A DNA stretch of 64,000 bases from Eledone cirrhosa (GCA_964016885.1 OZ024741.1:404054001-404118000), one strand, 5' to 3'; counted from the first letter of the stretch, positions 1-13,603 are shown. Notes: generated by a model from the letters alone, not told the origin. Numbers and translations: made by a program.

Positions 1-1165
1 GTGCCGAAGCTCCTCCATACACCCAGACATCTCCCCTGGCTGTCCTCGATACTTGTATCCGAGCAGCAGCCGAGGGGATATGCAACGTCAAGTTTGACGT
101 CATAGGGTGGCAACAGGCCACTTTACCGGTCAGGTATGGCGGCCTAGGCCTCCGGTCCCCGATGTCATTAGCTTTGCCGGCATATCTTTCGTCGGTAACC
201 TCGTGCTGCGTCCTCGTCAGCAGGGTTCTTCAAAACACAACAGAACCCTCTGTGTTCAGAGAACGTGAGGCCGCCTGTGAACGTGGGACCGGCTGGGACT
301 TAGCCCAGTAGACGTCCCTCACTCCTCCTTCTCCCCCTGTTGACGTCAAGTCCCCCCAACGCACTTGGGATGCCATCAAGTGCAGCCTGGCCTCAGGTAG
401 GCTCACGCGCCAGCTCGACCAGCACCGCCTTGCTTGTTTTCGTGCGGCCTCCAAACCCCACAGTGGTGCCTGGCTCCATGCTCTGCCCTCCTTCTCCACT
501 GGCACGCAGCTAGACAACCATAGCCTGCGAATCGGCGTTTCCCTGAGGCTCGACCTCCGGATCTGCCAGCCACACACCAATGTCGCTGCGGTCCACCCTG
601 GACCCTTTCGGCCTCCACCCGCTTTCCTGTCGCCACAGTGCCGGCTGCATTCCACGCCATACTGCCCTAAACTGCCATTCCACGCCATACTGCCCATGGC
701 TTGGACGCTGCAGGCTTCCTTTCCCAGCTCAAGCAGGTGGGGATGGACCGAGGGGACGGCAAAAGGCCAGATGGCATGACCATCTTCCCGTTCCGCGGTG
801 GCAAACCCCTCGTCTGGGATGCCACTTGCACCGACACTTTCTGCAGCCGCAACCTGGTGCAGTCTGCGACTGACTCAGGTTCTGCTGCACGTCGGGCTGA
901 GGGGGCCAAACTCCTCAAATACCGGTCGCTCTCCGACAGGTTTGCGGTCGTTCCCCTGGCAGTGGAAACTTCTGGAGTCCTCGGCTCCAGGGCTACCTCC
1001 TTACTCACCACCATAAGCGCTGAGCTGGCCAGCCGTAGGTGTGAGCCCCGCGAGTTGGAGTGGCTTTTCCAGCGCGTCTCCCTTGCCGTCCGCCGGGAAA
1101 CGCCTTCTCCATTCTGTCCGCCGGGGCTGTGGGTGGGCCCCATCGCGTACCATTACATTAGTTAA
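1..1165 (+). mobile_element. CRE-clade non-LTR retrotransposon, 3' part (end of RT, zinc knuckle, restriction-like endonuclease), frameshifted and decayed
   Basis: Broken + frames read WQQATLPVRYGGLGLR (~108-155), HSGAWLHALP and LRIGVSLRL (~460-550), CRCG..LDPFGLHPLSCRH (~580-635), then ORF 701-1165 GKRPDGMTIFPFRGGKPLVWDATCTDT..AEGAKLLKY..FAVVPLAVETSGVLG, the PD-(D/E)xK RLE motif typical of CRE elements. A short internal duplication lies at ~648-697. Confidence 0.85.
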
Positions 1166-1237
1166 ATACGATTCTTTCATCTCAATCACATATATATGTA
1201 CGCATCGGTTTACCTATAACTGTACACTGTTTGGACT

Positions 1238-1329
<92 letters not shown>

Positions 1330-1500
1330 AAAGTAAACGAGAACAACACAGCAAAATATGCAGTACAATGAAGATATTACTTTAAAGCTTGATATAGTAG
1401 GGAAAGAGTGACGATGTTTCGGACGCTAGTCCTTCGTCAGGCTATAGAATGATAGAGGAGCATGAGAAGGTAGAACATTTTGGAGGAGAAAAAACCTGCG
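1330..1500 (-). mobile_element. PLE pseudo-LTR remnant with degenerate hammerhead core
   Basis: Minus strand 1440->1410 reads CUGACGA-A-GGAC-UAGC-GUCC-GAAAC-AUC-GUC; stem I is not intact. A related copy lies at ~14190-14320. Confidence 0.55.
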
Positions 1501-1606
1501 TACTTTCAGCTCGCCATTACCTTTATAAATATATATATATATATATATATAGTAAAATAAAATAAAACAAGGACGATTGGTTACTCCTTCATTACGTTTA
1601 TTGGTT

Positions 1607-1691
1607 GGTGACGCGCGTTTCGCCATTGATCAGCTCAAGGTTCGATCTGTATCGATCTAGCCCGACTCTGTCATCCGCGGCTCGTCAGACC
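1607..1691 (-). ncRNA. Type I hammerhead ribozyme (PLE pLTR), canonical core, large loop II
   Basis: Minus strand: GGU-CUGACGA-GCCG...UGGC-GAAAC-GCGC-GUC-ACC. Stem I GGU/ACC, palindromic stem III ACGCGCGU, GUC cleavage triplet. Confidence 0.8.
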
Positions 1692-1704
1692 CCTTACACT
1701 CCCT

Positions 1705-1772
<68 letters not shown>

Positions 1773-1789
1773 ATATATGTATATATATA

Positions 1790-2052
<263 letters not shown>

Positions 2053-2070
2053 TTATAATGTGTATATATG

Positions 2071-2105
<35 letters not shown>

Positions 2106-2407
2106 TTATAATGTGTATATATGTATATATGTATAGATATATTATACGTATGTATGTATATATGTATAGATATATTTGCGTGTGTATATCTATATTACAT
2201 ATGCATATAAAATATGTATATTTAGATGCATATATATATGCACATATATATCTAAAAGAGAAATAGAGAGGGCGGGGGGGTGAGAAGGGGGAAGGAGGGA
2301 GAGAGTAAGAGATATGGGAGTGGGGAGTGGAGTGTGTATCTATATATCTATTTATATAGCTATCTGTGTACCTATCCGTAGAATAAATTCAGAAACACTA
2401 TAATTAG

Positions 2408-2448
<41 letters not shown>

Positions 2449-2450
2449 AC

Positions 2451-2503
<53 letters not shown>

Positions 2504-2750
2504 TGGACACATATATTTCTTCTTAAACCTATCCAACCACACGTGTTAGTGCAGGTAGTCATATAGACCTTACTGTTACAAAGTAGATATATACTCGCAT
2601 TTGTGACCGTGTGTTCGTGTTGTGTTTCCGTTAAATCCTCTCTAAATATATTTTGTGTCATTGTTTCTTGTATGACCACAACTACTGCATTGATTTACTG
2701 TCTTCTACACTTCTCTTACATGCATATACGGTATATATATATATGTGTAT

Positions 2751-2815
<65 letters not shown>

Positions 2816-3074
2816 ATATTAATTAAATGAAAACTATATTTATAAAACCATATTTATTTTATTATAAATATTTCAAGGGCAACCAAGGCAAATTATGGTG
2901 CGCTTTCATCAGATAAAATAGAGATTTGTTTTATAAATAAATATTGACATACCCGGAAAAAAGACAACCTTAACGGTTCGAGCTTCCTGGATAGTCTATA
3001 ATGTTGAGTGCTTTATATCAGTTATAAGAAAAATGTTTAAGCTTGTTGAATCCCAACAAGTTAAATATAACCTC

Positions 3075-3171
<97 letters not shown>

Positions 3172-3454
3172 TGTATGTATGTATGTATGTATGTATGTAT
3201 GTATGTATGTATGTATGTATGTATGTATGTATGTATGTATATATATGTATATATATATATATATGTATGTATGTATATATATGTATTATATATATATATG
3301 TATGTATGTAAGTATGTATATATATAATAATAATAATAGTACACTATTAATAATTATTAATGCACTCGTGCAATGCCTGTGAGTGACGAATATTTTTTAA
3401 AGTGAGGAAAGACTGTGCACTGAGCCAATCCCACTCTCTGAGCGACAGTAGCTA

Positions 3455-5153
3455 TAACCGAAAAGAAGAAAAGTGCATGGAACAAGGCTTGGATCTGTAT
3501 CAGGTTTTTGTCGATCTGACAAAAGCTTTCGATACTGTTAACAGAGATGCATTATGGAAGGTTCTCCAGAAACTTGGTTGCCCTGATAAGTTCCTTGCTT
3601 TAGTTAGGTCTTTCCATGACGACATGAAGGCTTGGGTTATGTCGGGGGAAACATGTCGGAGCCTATCTCAGTAAAAAAATGGAGTGAAACAGGGGGGATA
3701 TTCCAGCACCGACCCTGTTTGCCATATACTTTGCAATGGTTTTCTGTATTGCATTCAGGAATTGCGAGCATGGTGTTTACATCCGATATCGAACCTCAGG
3801 CAGCATATTTAACATCAGGCGCTTTGCTGCGAAGACAAAAGTATTTACATCAATCATAAGAGACCCTCTTGTATGCAGATGATTGCGATCTTGTAGCGCA
3901 CACAGAGAGTGATATGCAGCACATTTTGAATGCATTTGCTGACGCTTGCACTGCCCTAGGTCTGACTGTCAGTCTCAAGAAAACCGTCGTCATGTACCAA
4001 CCTGCCCCTGGTAAGCAGTACACTGAACCAAACATCTATGTGTATGGTTAACGACTTGGAGTGGTTGATCAGTTTGTCTACCTGGGAAGCACTGTCAATC
4101 GATACAGCAACCTTGACAGTGAAATCTCACTTAGGATTAGGAAAGCAAGTGATGCTTTCGGAAAGCTAGAAAGGCGACTCTGGGGTCGGCGAGGACATAT
4201 GCAGGAGGACAAAGGTAAAGGTGTACAGGGCATGTGTGCTTTCTTGTTTTCTTTATGCTGCGAGACCTGTGTCACATATCGACACCACCTTAAGCAATTG
4301 GAGCGTTTCCATCAGATGTGTCTCAGACGGATCCATGGCGTTCACTGGAGGGACCACATCAGTGATGTCGAGATTTTGGAAAGCTCTATGTTTGACAGTA
4401 TAGAAACTCTTGTGCTTAAGCAACGACTCCGTTGGAGTGGTCACCTTGCCAGAATGAAGGATTCTAGAATACCAAAACAACTCTTTTATGGAGAGTTGGT
4501 TAAAGGAAAACGACCGCCACATAAACCAAAAAGAGGTATAAGGATTCCTTGAAAGCCTCTCTGGAAGACGCTAACATCTCTGCTGATACATGGGAGAACA
4601 TTGCTGCTGATCGTAATAAATGGAGAAAGACTGTATATGAGGGAAAAGTTGCCTTTGAGGCATCTCGAATCGCATACGAGAAAGTAAAGCGGGATGTGAG
4701 GAAGGGCATTGCTATTGCACTTCCAACGGCGAGGGTCCTATGGTGCTGACATGCAGCGTCTGTGCGAGAATCTGCCTAAGCAAAGCTGGACTCGAAAGTC
4801 ATCTTCGCAGTCATAAAGTAAGGACCATTGGTTAACTACCAGGCTGCTGTTGGAGATGCTACTCATCATGCTTGCCCAAACATGTGGTAGAGAATGTAAA
4901 TCAGCAGGAGGGCTCAAGCGACATGCAAAAGTACACGAACTCCAACCACAGCCGACTATTCCCAGTGAATGTTTTGGTTGCCGACTCTGTGCAAGACATT
5001 GTAGATCATTGGCTGGGCTAAAAAGCCACATTCGATCGCAGCACTGTTAGTTGCCATCGTGTGTGTGTGTGTGTGTGTAGATATGCTTATGTGGGTGCGT
5101 GTGTGTGTATATATATATGTATTATGTATATTATTATTGTTATTAATGTATGT

Positions 5154-5199
<46 letters not shown>

Positions 5200-5352
5200 A
5201 TATGTATATATATATATATAAATATATTTTTTTATTTTTTTATTTTTTTTATTTTTATTTTATTTTTATTTATTTATTATTATTATTATTTTTTTTTTTT
5301 TTCTATTTTCTCTCTACTCGTGCAATGGCCATGACTCGATAACGAGGGGGCA

Positions 5353-5358
<6 letters not shown>
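3455..5358 (+). mobile_element. RTE-clade LINE, 5'-truncated and frameshifted, with C-terminal C2H2 zinc fingers
   Basis: RT motifs FVDLTKAFDTVNR, GVKQG, LYADD, GLTVSLKKT, FVYLGS, RLRWSGHLARM..RIPKQLFYGEL across ORFs 3402, 3869, 4061 and 4549. Three C2H2-like fingers at 4750-5047. Probable 3' terminal hairpin ctcg-ataa-cgag at ~5335-5346 before (TA)n. Confidence 0.92.
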
Positions 5359-5396
<38 letters not shown>

Positions 5397-5397
5397 T

Positions 5398-5588
5398 AGG
5401 GTGTGGTAAGAACCAGGTACACCATAACCCACCAGAGTGCTCGATACTTGGGGTACTATTGTGGGTAATATGAAACGATTGAGGACCCCGACGGCTGAGC
5501 TCCGGCCGTTTCGACAAAGTAGATTCGAGTTCGGATCAACCTTATCGGAACGGCCGGAGCTCAGCCGTCGGAGTCGTGAAACTTCTTT
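5398..5588. mobile_element. Fold-back pair of PLE pLTR 3' ends (hammerhead stem III/I halves)
   Basis: 5484-5515 gaccccgacggctgagctccggccgtttcgac is inverted at ~5544-5575; the tail 5402-5470 matches 58948-59017. Confidence 0.7.
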
Positions 5589-5788
5589 NNNNNNNNNNNN
5601 NNNNNNNNNNNNNNNNNNNNNNNNNNNNNNNNNNNNNNNNNNNNNNNNNNNNNNNNNNNNNNNNNNNNNNNNNNNNNNNNNNNNNNNNNNNNNNNNNNNN
5701 NNNNNNNNNNNNNNNNNNNNNNNNNNNNNNNNNNNNNNNNNNNNNNNNNNNNNNNNNNNNNNNNNNNNNNNNNNNNNNNNNNNNNNNN
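5589..5788. other. Assembly gap (200 N)
   Basis: Run of N. Confidence 1.
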
Positions 5789-6770
5789 ATACTAGTATTT
5801 CAGTATACATATATGGATGTACATCTTTAACTTAATTGTTTAAGCGTCAGTCATACAAAAGTGAGTTACAAACGAAGCGAAATTTAATTTCGTTTCGTTA
5901 TTTGTTTTTATCGTCTCCGTTGAACCGGTACTTACTCACACTCTATGCAAATTAGTCTGCCCACTACTAATTTTCATAGAAAAAGCATATAACGGTATGT
6001 GCTTTTACGATTCTCTAGAGAGGCCGGAAGATAGGTAAATATTGCTGATGAGTTGTAACAACAACGAAACTAGTTCAATATTCCTTGTCTGGCTTTCTGG
6101 TGAATGGAGGAAAGGTGTTTCCTCAAAAACCAGTATGACTCTAAAAACCGGTTTGTCTGTGTGTTTACATACAGAATAGCTGGCCACTCACAGTAAAGTG
6201 ACCAGTGAAAAAACTTGGTACATCTACATATGTATACGTGTGTGTATTCATATACATACTAGTATTTCAGTATACATATATGGATGTACATCTTTAACTT
6301 AATTGTTTAAGCGTCAGTCATACAAAAGTGAGTTACAAACGAAGCGAAATTTAATTTCGTTTCGTTATTTGTTTTTATCGTCTCCGTTGAACCGGTACTT
6401 ACTCACACTCTATGCAAATTAGTCTGCCCACTACTATTTTCATAGAAAAAGCATATAACGATATGTGCTTTTACGATTCTCTAGAGAGGCCGGAAGATAG
6501 GTAAATATTGCTGATGAGTTGTAACAACAACGAAACTAGTTCAATATTCCTTGTCTGGCTTTCTGGAGAATGGAGGAAAGGTGTTTCCTCAAAAACCAGT
6601 ATGACTCTAAAAACCGGTTTGTCTGTGTGTTTACATACAGAATAGCTGGCCACTCACAGTAAAGTGACCAGTGAAAAAACTTGGTACATCTACATATGTA
6701 TACGTGTGTGTATTCATATACATACTAGTATTTCAGTATACATATATGGATGTACATCTTTAACTTAATT
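5789..6770. repeat. 466-bp tandem repeat, ~2.1 near-identical copies, abutting the gap
   Basis: The unit start atactagtatttcagtatac recurs at ~5789, 6256 and 6722; identical ORF translations at 6005 and 6471. Confidence 0.9.
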
Positions 6771-6775
6771 ATATG

Positions 6776-6814
<39 letters not shown>

Positions 6815-6815
6815 G

Positions 6816-6996
<181 letters not shown>

Positions 6997-7483
6997 TGGA
7001 CAGGGGCATGTGTAGGTAAGTCATGCTCACACACATATGCATACACACACATATGCATACACACACATATATATATATTGTAAACTGGGTTATAATAAGT
7101 ATGAAGTGTGAAAGACGTTACACAGACGAGAGAGCGTAGAGTTCTTTGGTCAATAATGATTGGTCCATTGACACTGCACTGTAGTAAGGCCATTTACTGG
7201 CAACTTCACTGAACACTTTACAATATTGATTTTCAGTGCAGCTTTCTCGTCATTATTAAATATCTTTCTATCATGAAATGGCTGCTCAATGACTATTTCA
7301 TATGCATAATGTTGGAGTCTCAAATTTCCATGATTAGTTCGTACATTGACTATCATTAAGTACTCTAACTGGGAATTTGGTATAGAGCTAGAAACCTTTT
7401 TGTTGTTGTTGTTGTTGAATTAGCAAGTTCATGCATATATACATTGGAATACACACACACACACATGCATATACTGAGCAAAC

Positions 7484-7529
<46 letters not shown>

Positions 7530-7610
7530 TATATATATATATGTGCGTGTGTGTGTGGGGGGGGGGGGGGGTATACTGACATGTTTATATACATACATGC
7601 GTACATTAAG

Positions 7611-7735
7611 GCTGCAAACTCTGCTAAGAGTATTGCAATCGTTTGTAACAGATCCTCAACTTTGAACATCGAAAACACTACCCGAAAAGGAGAACTGGTC
7701 AACATCATCGGATGCTTCCGAAGCCGCAGGTTTTA
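7611..7735 (-). mobile_element. Short retroposed fragment sharing its 3' terminus with an RTE family
   Basis: ~30 nt gctgcaaactctgctaagagtattgcaatcg is identical to 13607-13636 (RTE 3' end); the upstream sequence differs. Confidence 0.5.
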
Positions 7736-8049
7736 ATTTTTTTTTTTTTTTTTTTTTTTTAGAGTTCCCCCTCTCTTAGAAAGGTGTTGTGACAACAATA
7801 GGGGGCCTTTCACTCCCAAGCGAAAGAAAATACTATTTGGATGGCCGTTGGTTTTGTATTTCATCCCTCAGAGTGCCCAAATATCACCCTCCTCACTGAC
7901 CAAGCTTGGCTGGTTTGCCGGTTTAGTCGCCGACGACCCGACCTCGAGACAGGTTGTATTAGGTTACATGTTACCAGTAGCACTCGAGAGCGACCTGACA
8001 TACATACACAGATACGTACATACATACATAGATACATACATACATTTTT

Positions 8050-8345
8050 TCTTCTCCATCTTTTTGCTGATGCTGGGGCAATACCGCACCAACTCTTGGT
8101 ATTCTTGCAGTTAATTCAGCCACATGCCATCCATCACTCGGGAACACGGCTCCCAGATAGTTGAACCTCTCTATCTTCTTCGTTGAAATCCCATTCACAT
8201 TTGAATGCACTGCGGAAACTTCCTTGAAAAGATGACTGATCTTCATTCCAGCCATGCAGCACTCGGCAACAAACCTATTAAGTGTAGGACTGAGATCACC
8301 TACCGATGAGTTCAGCAGTTCCATGTCGTCTGCAAATTGCAGCTA
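8050..8345 (-). mobile_element. RTE-clade (Rex3/Expander-like) RT fragment, decayed
   Basis: Minus frame LQFADDMELLNSSVGDLSPTLNRFVAECCMAGMKIS...IERFNYLGAVFPSDG..AELTARI, i.e. RT domains 5-7. Confidence 0.75.
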
Positions 8346-8783
8346 GTTTTCATACCACACCCAACTCAGCTCTGCATGTCAATGCTGTCAATGAAGATTA
8401 TAAGCAATGTGGGTATTGGACTCTACCAAGTGTGGGTATTGGATTCTACCCATACTTGGTAGAGTCCAATAGCCACACAGAATTGTTTTGAGTTCGCAGC
8501 ATTTATCCGAACACAATTACTACAGCGTCTGTATATTCTAGCCGACTGATCCTACACCCGCCAATCTTGTTATCACATCCAACCCGGTTACACATGTCAA
8601 TCCTGTCCATCACCATTATATATATGGGTCTTTTTTCTTAGCTAAATTTAATAACTAAAGCCATAATAAAAGACCCCGTATTTTCTAAAAACTTTCCTTT
8701 CTTACAAACTCTGATTGATGTAATTGTATCTGAAAATGTGAAATATCTTCGTTACATAGCCTGTTATTTGTTCACCATCTTAC

Positions 8784-9399
8784 CATTGTCTCCGTGTTTA
8801 TTCTTTATATGGACCCATTCATATGCGTAATGTACGTTAATGCTGATCAACAATATATTAAAGACAAATAACTTAACAGGAAAATGATGAAATGAATAGC
8901 TAGGAGATATAGAAATTACGAACTAGAGAAACGTTGTAGCTACAACAATGTTACATTGTATCAATCTGCTATGTAATTTCCTCGGCTTGCCTCAGACAAT
9001 CCAAAATATAAAACAAGATAAAGATGTACAGAGAGCCAGAATCAATCATATTATCTAATATTTAAACACCATGTTTTTCGTTATAGCGTTACGTCTCTTT
9101 ATGTTCTGATTTCAAATCCCACCGAGGTTAACTTTGTCCTTCTTCCTTACGAGGTCGATAAAATAAAATACCAGTAACAAACAGCGGTCGATTTAATTGA
9201 TTTTCACCTCCCCAAATATTGTTGGCCTTGTGCCTAAATCAGAAACTATTATTTAATATACAATTATTTATTCATTTAATTATTTAGGATTAGCTATGTA
9301 TGGACACACAATTCTGATGGATTTGTAGGGGCATCATATTCACATACGGCGTTTCTTGGGTATTTTTGAAAACCTGTGGGAGCCCATCTCCTCTGCAGT
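8784..9399 (-). CDS. Two candidate phase-compatible host exons (9399-9310 and 8842-8784), unknown product
   Basis: ccgttttcag|90 bp|gtgtgt and gttgatcag|59 bp|gtaaga splice to give LQRRWAPTGFQKYPRNAVCEYDAPTNPSEF-INVHYAYEWVHIKNKHGDN. No homology recognised. Confidence 0.3.
9100..9255 (+). mobile_element. tRNA-derived SINE body (octopus-like family)
   Basis: B-box-like ttcaaatccc followed by accgaggttaactttgtccttcttccttacgaggtcgataaaataaaatacca..ggccttgtgcctaaatcagaaac; homologous to 57620-57775 and 61030-61090. Confidence 0.7.
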
Positions 9400-9481
9400 C
9401 TGAAAACGGCAGAATTTTTCCAGAGAAGAGTGAAGGAAAAGAAATAAGAAAAGGATATAGAGGAGGATTTTACCTCAGTAT

Positions 9482-9579
9482 TTGATTGGTACTTTTTTTA
9501 TCGTTGACCTCGGCGGGATCTGCACAAATACCGCAAAGCATTTTATCCGACGTTCTAACGACACCGTCAATTCACCGCC
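9482..9579 (-). mobile_element. SINE head fragment, same family, internally deleted
   Basis: Minus strand ggcggtgaattgacggtgtcgttagaacgtcggataaaatgctttgcggtatt..cccgccgaggtcaacgataaaaaaagtacca. Confidence 0.6.
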
Positions 9580-10671
9580 AAATAAGAACTACTTCATCTT
9601 AGAGAGGTTTCATGTTCTAGCGTTGCTTATCTTTCATACAGGCTCAACTGGCACTCTTTGCTCATTAGTGACTCAAACATTTCCATTGTATTAAGATGTC
9701 ATATGTAGATACAATTGAACGCAATAATACCGAAAATAAATGACATATGTTCTGTACAGTTGAATAATTTTAGTGTATAAACTTATAATTATAACTATAT
9801 AATTACAATTCCATGAATATAATTATATAATTATATTTACAGAATTATAATTTCCTAATTGAAAAGGTTATACTGTATAATTAGCAGGTGAATGAGGTTA
9901 TAATTAACGGAAACACTATATTTTTAATCAGATTGCAGTACTGAGTTTAAGTGAGTAACTCAAATAATCGATACGTAAAGTTCAATAATTGTTGTATATG
10001 AAGCCGATCTCTCGGACTTTTATGAAGCGCTGAGGGAATACAGTTTATATAAAGAATGGAGAGCTCATGTTCTAATAAGCTATAAAATAGCTTATAAAAT
10101 ATAGTGAAAACACTTAAAGACGGGAAATGAAGTTGCTATCGTCTTCGTAGCCACCTGTGGTTACATATTAATCTTTAAGGGTGTTCACCCTATCTTAGAA
10201 GCACTCCCATACCATCTCTATGCATGAGCACTCCATGCTGTATATTTAAGGTTTAATATAGTTTGGAAAAAGATTGGTACGCACCAGACACACTTGTCCA
10301 TGATACAACTCTTAAAAGATTACGTGTTCAAAAATACTCGCTGTATACAATCCAACTCAATGTACGATCAACTCTCACGTGTAATAGATTTAATCATGCA
10401 ATAGTTGTTTTTGTAAGGCAAGTTATGAAAACAACAAAGAGGATTATAAGTTAATATTCTTATCTCATTAAGAAATGAGGCTTGATATTGCTACGTGACC
10501 GACGTCGATTAATCGCAATCAAAATATTCGTTTACGATTAATGATTTTAAACTAAAAGATTAAGGATAGCTTAATAAAGGTTCGAGAAGCTGCAATTTGT
10601 AGTCACTGACAGACATTCCCGGAGAAGTCAATTAAATTACATAAATATTTATCAACACACACAGGTAAAAC

Positions 10672-10742
<71 letters not shown>

Positions 10743-10808
10743 ATGAAAAATTCGGGACCAGACCACGACGGCTGATCTCCTGCCGTTTCAACAACTAGAT
10801 CCGAAGTG

Positions 10809-10885
<77 letters not shown>

Positions 10886-10930
10886 TATTTATTTATTTAC
10901 ATATATATATATGTATATATTTATTCATTT

Positions 10931-11058
<128 letters not shown>

Positions 11059-11437
11059 ATGTCCGTGTATGTCTGTGTTTTCATGTAAATAAACATGAAT
11101 GTGGGTAGTGGGTTATGTGTAGTGCGTGTGTGTGTATATATATGTGTGTGTGTGTGTGTCTGTGTGTATGGAAGCGGGGTTGAATGTGAATCAGATAACA
11201 TCAATGCATGATTTGGTGAAGCTATAAAAATATTGAGATATTGAGCAATATTTAACCAGCCAAAATACTTGGATGTTGTCCAATAGACTCAGACCCTAGT
11301 CTACAATAACTGCACTGCCAATAAAATCCTTAACAACCAAGGGAAATTTTAAATAAAAACCAAAATAATAGTCTCCTTTTACCTCAGCTAATTTTTTTCT
11401 CTCCTGCTTCTCCACCTTCATCTCTGCATATTTTTAT

Positions 11438-11484
<47 letters not shown>

Positions 11485-11486
<2 letters not shown>

Positions 11487-11975
11487 TGTTCAGTAGAGGA
11501 CCCAGAGGGGGTTTTAAAGTGATACATACATCAAAGTTCATTCTTACTTCGAACATACACGTTGTTATTGACACAGAGCAAGGGGAGTAACTTTGTCCGG
11601 TGTTTGAATAAGGGCTTATAACCCGTTTACATGATGGTGGTTTTCCATTACTAATTTGTGGGTGCTACTTTACTATTGACAATTCAGGCAGGGTCTGAGA
11701 TGCATAGTTGGTGTACAGATGTTTATTTGCGCAGCCTACCCACCGGAGTGCTATGGTTTGTTGCACGGGGACCCAGATTATGGTTTTCCGGTCTCAGTCG
11801 ATTTCCACCCAATGAAAGACTGCTGTATTCTGTCTGCGGTTTATCACCGATTCTGCTCTGCTGTTGATGAACTCGAGGGGTGCTCTTTTGATATGGTAAA
11901 GTTCCATGAGACAGAGCTCGCATTTCCTCTTGAAGTTGTACGGTGCAGCCCTTTTGCACAACCTTTTGGCAACTA
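11485..11975 (-). mobile_element. PLE 3' end: C-terminal part of GIY-YIG endonuclease plus 3' UTR (probably Naiad-like)
   Basis: Minus frame ~11960-11825 reads LCKRAAPYNFKRKCELCLMELYHIKRAPLEFINSRAES, matching the PY..xxCxLCLxE..I...LNxRxE tail of WFNPP-type PLE endonucleases. Confidence 0.65.
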
Positions 11976-12109
11976 ACTATATGTATCGCTTATCCCTTTA
12001 AACCTCTTCTTCTCTATCACTATACTTAAATATTCTACATATATATATATAAAATATAAAGGTTTACATATACATAAACTAGACAGAGCCATAGATATAT
12101 ATATATATA

Positions 12110-12549
12110 TCTGTTTTTGGCAACCATTCACGGTGTGGCTCAATGACGAATTAATTAATTAAAAAATCCACAATCAGAGCAATGTATAAGAAAGTAAGTC
12201 CATAGAATCATTTGATAAAATATATACAGTATTTCTTCTCCCAATCAGCATAATCAGCATAATTTTGGTATGTTTTTGTACATTTTTTCTCATAACTTTG
12301 ATTTTGTACCTAATTGTGTATGGTTAGCTATATGTCTAGTTAATTTCTACGGGCTATTAGAAATACTAGGTTAATCTTCTGTGGCTGTGGATCGCGGATA
12401 AAATAGATATCATTTATGTATCTATTGTTTCTTCATAGGTACATTTTAAACTTATAGCCCGTTTAATTGATTTTTTATGTGGCTGATTATGCTGATTGGG
12501 AGAAGAAATACTGTATATATTTTATCAAGTGATTCTATGGACTTACTTT

Positions 12550-12556
<7 letters not shown>
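12110..12556. mobile_element. Fold-back element with ~75-bp inverted arms in (TA)n
   Basis: 12185-12259 is the near-perfect reverse complement of 12482-12556; the left arm has an extra ~75-nt extension (12110-12184). Confidence 0.7.
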
Positions 12557-12609
<53 letters not shown>

Positions 12610-12612
<3 letters not shown>

Positions 12613-12868
12613 GGGTTGTTGGTTCACCACTGGATAGAACTGGTCATTCTGTATAGTCAACCTTGAATTTTTGGCCGCCTTCTCGTTTTGGGCATCTCTC
12701 TCTACTTTTCAGCCCCTTGGATTGTGTCTATTATATTCCTTTGTTGGATAAATTTCGGAATACCTGATGATGTCACCTGTTTCTTACTGAACCCGGTCAT
12801 TTAAATGTTAATAGTATAATAAACCTTTAAGGAATTACACCAGTCCAGCCACCTGTTATTTTATAATT
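12610..12868 (+). mobile_element. PLE pLTR remnant with degenerate hammerhead
   Basis: 12764-12798 CUGAUGA-UGUCA..UUACU-GAA-CCCGGUC, then AATAAA and a (TA)n boundary. Confidence 0.45.
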
Positions 12869-12894
12869 ATATATATATATATCTATATATATAT

Positions 12895-12999
<105 letters not shown>

Positions 13000-13603
13000 G
13001 TAATAATAATAAAATTGAAGACTAAAATCCAAAGAGGGCTCGATAAGGATAAATATATATCAAATATATAAGAACCGTAGAGCAAATATTTATTAAAATA
13101 ACAGATTAAAGTTTAAGCAAAGAATCGCTGCTTTCACCCTTAACGGGATCTTCTGAAACTAACAAAGTCAATCTGTAAACGCAGAACTGGATATTTCAAA
13201 AAACGTTGCAACCGGAGGAAGACAGAAAGGCGATACTTTGGTTCGTGGTAACGTTCGCTGGCAATGAACGGGAAAATACGAATAATACGTCATTAAAAGG
13301 AGCGGTGAAAAACAATTACGCGCAAAGACAGAACCACGTTTATGGTATAAAAGAGGTCGTAGACTAATGTTCTCTTAGGTGGTGCATAGAGACGTTCTCT
13401 GGCAATGAACGAAAAAACGAAGATAGTAAGTCATATGTAGAGCGTGGAGAACAATAGCACGCAAAGACAAAACCACGTAAATGGTATAGCAGAAGTCGTA
13501 GACTAAAATTCTAACTAGGAGACCAAATGAATCTCCGCTACAGAGTTAAGAACAAAGTAAATAAATACAATACAGAAGTAATAGAAATAGATATATATAT
13601 ATA

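Noticed and set aside
1625-1676. SECIS-like AUGAC...UGAU motif inside the hammerhead loop II (selenoprotein-type PLE idea)
   Set aside because: Helix II does not pair in the SECIS register, there is no apical AAR, and the nearby PLE Cys codons (e.g. 26323-26350) are TGC/TGT, not TGA.
13120-13160. Hammerhead-like CAGAAGA-UCCC..GGGU-GAAAG on the minus strand
   Set aside because: Core U4 is changed, there is no NUH triplet and no stem I; at most a dead pLTR relic.
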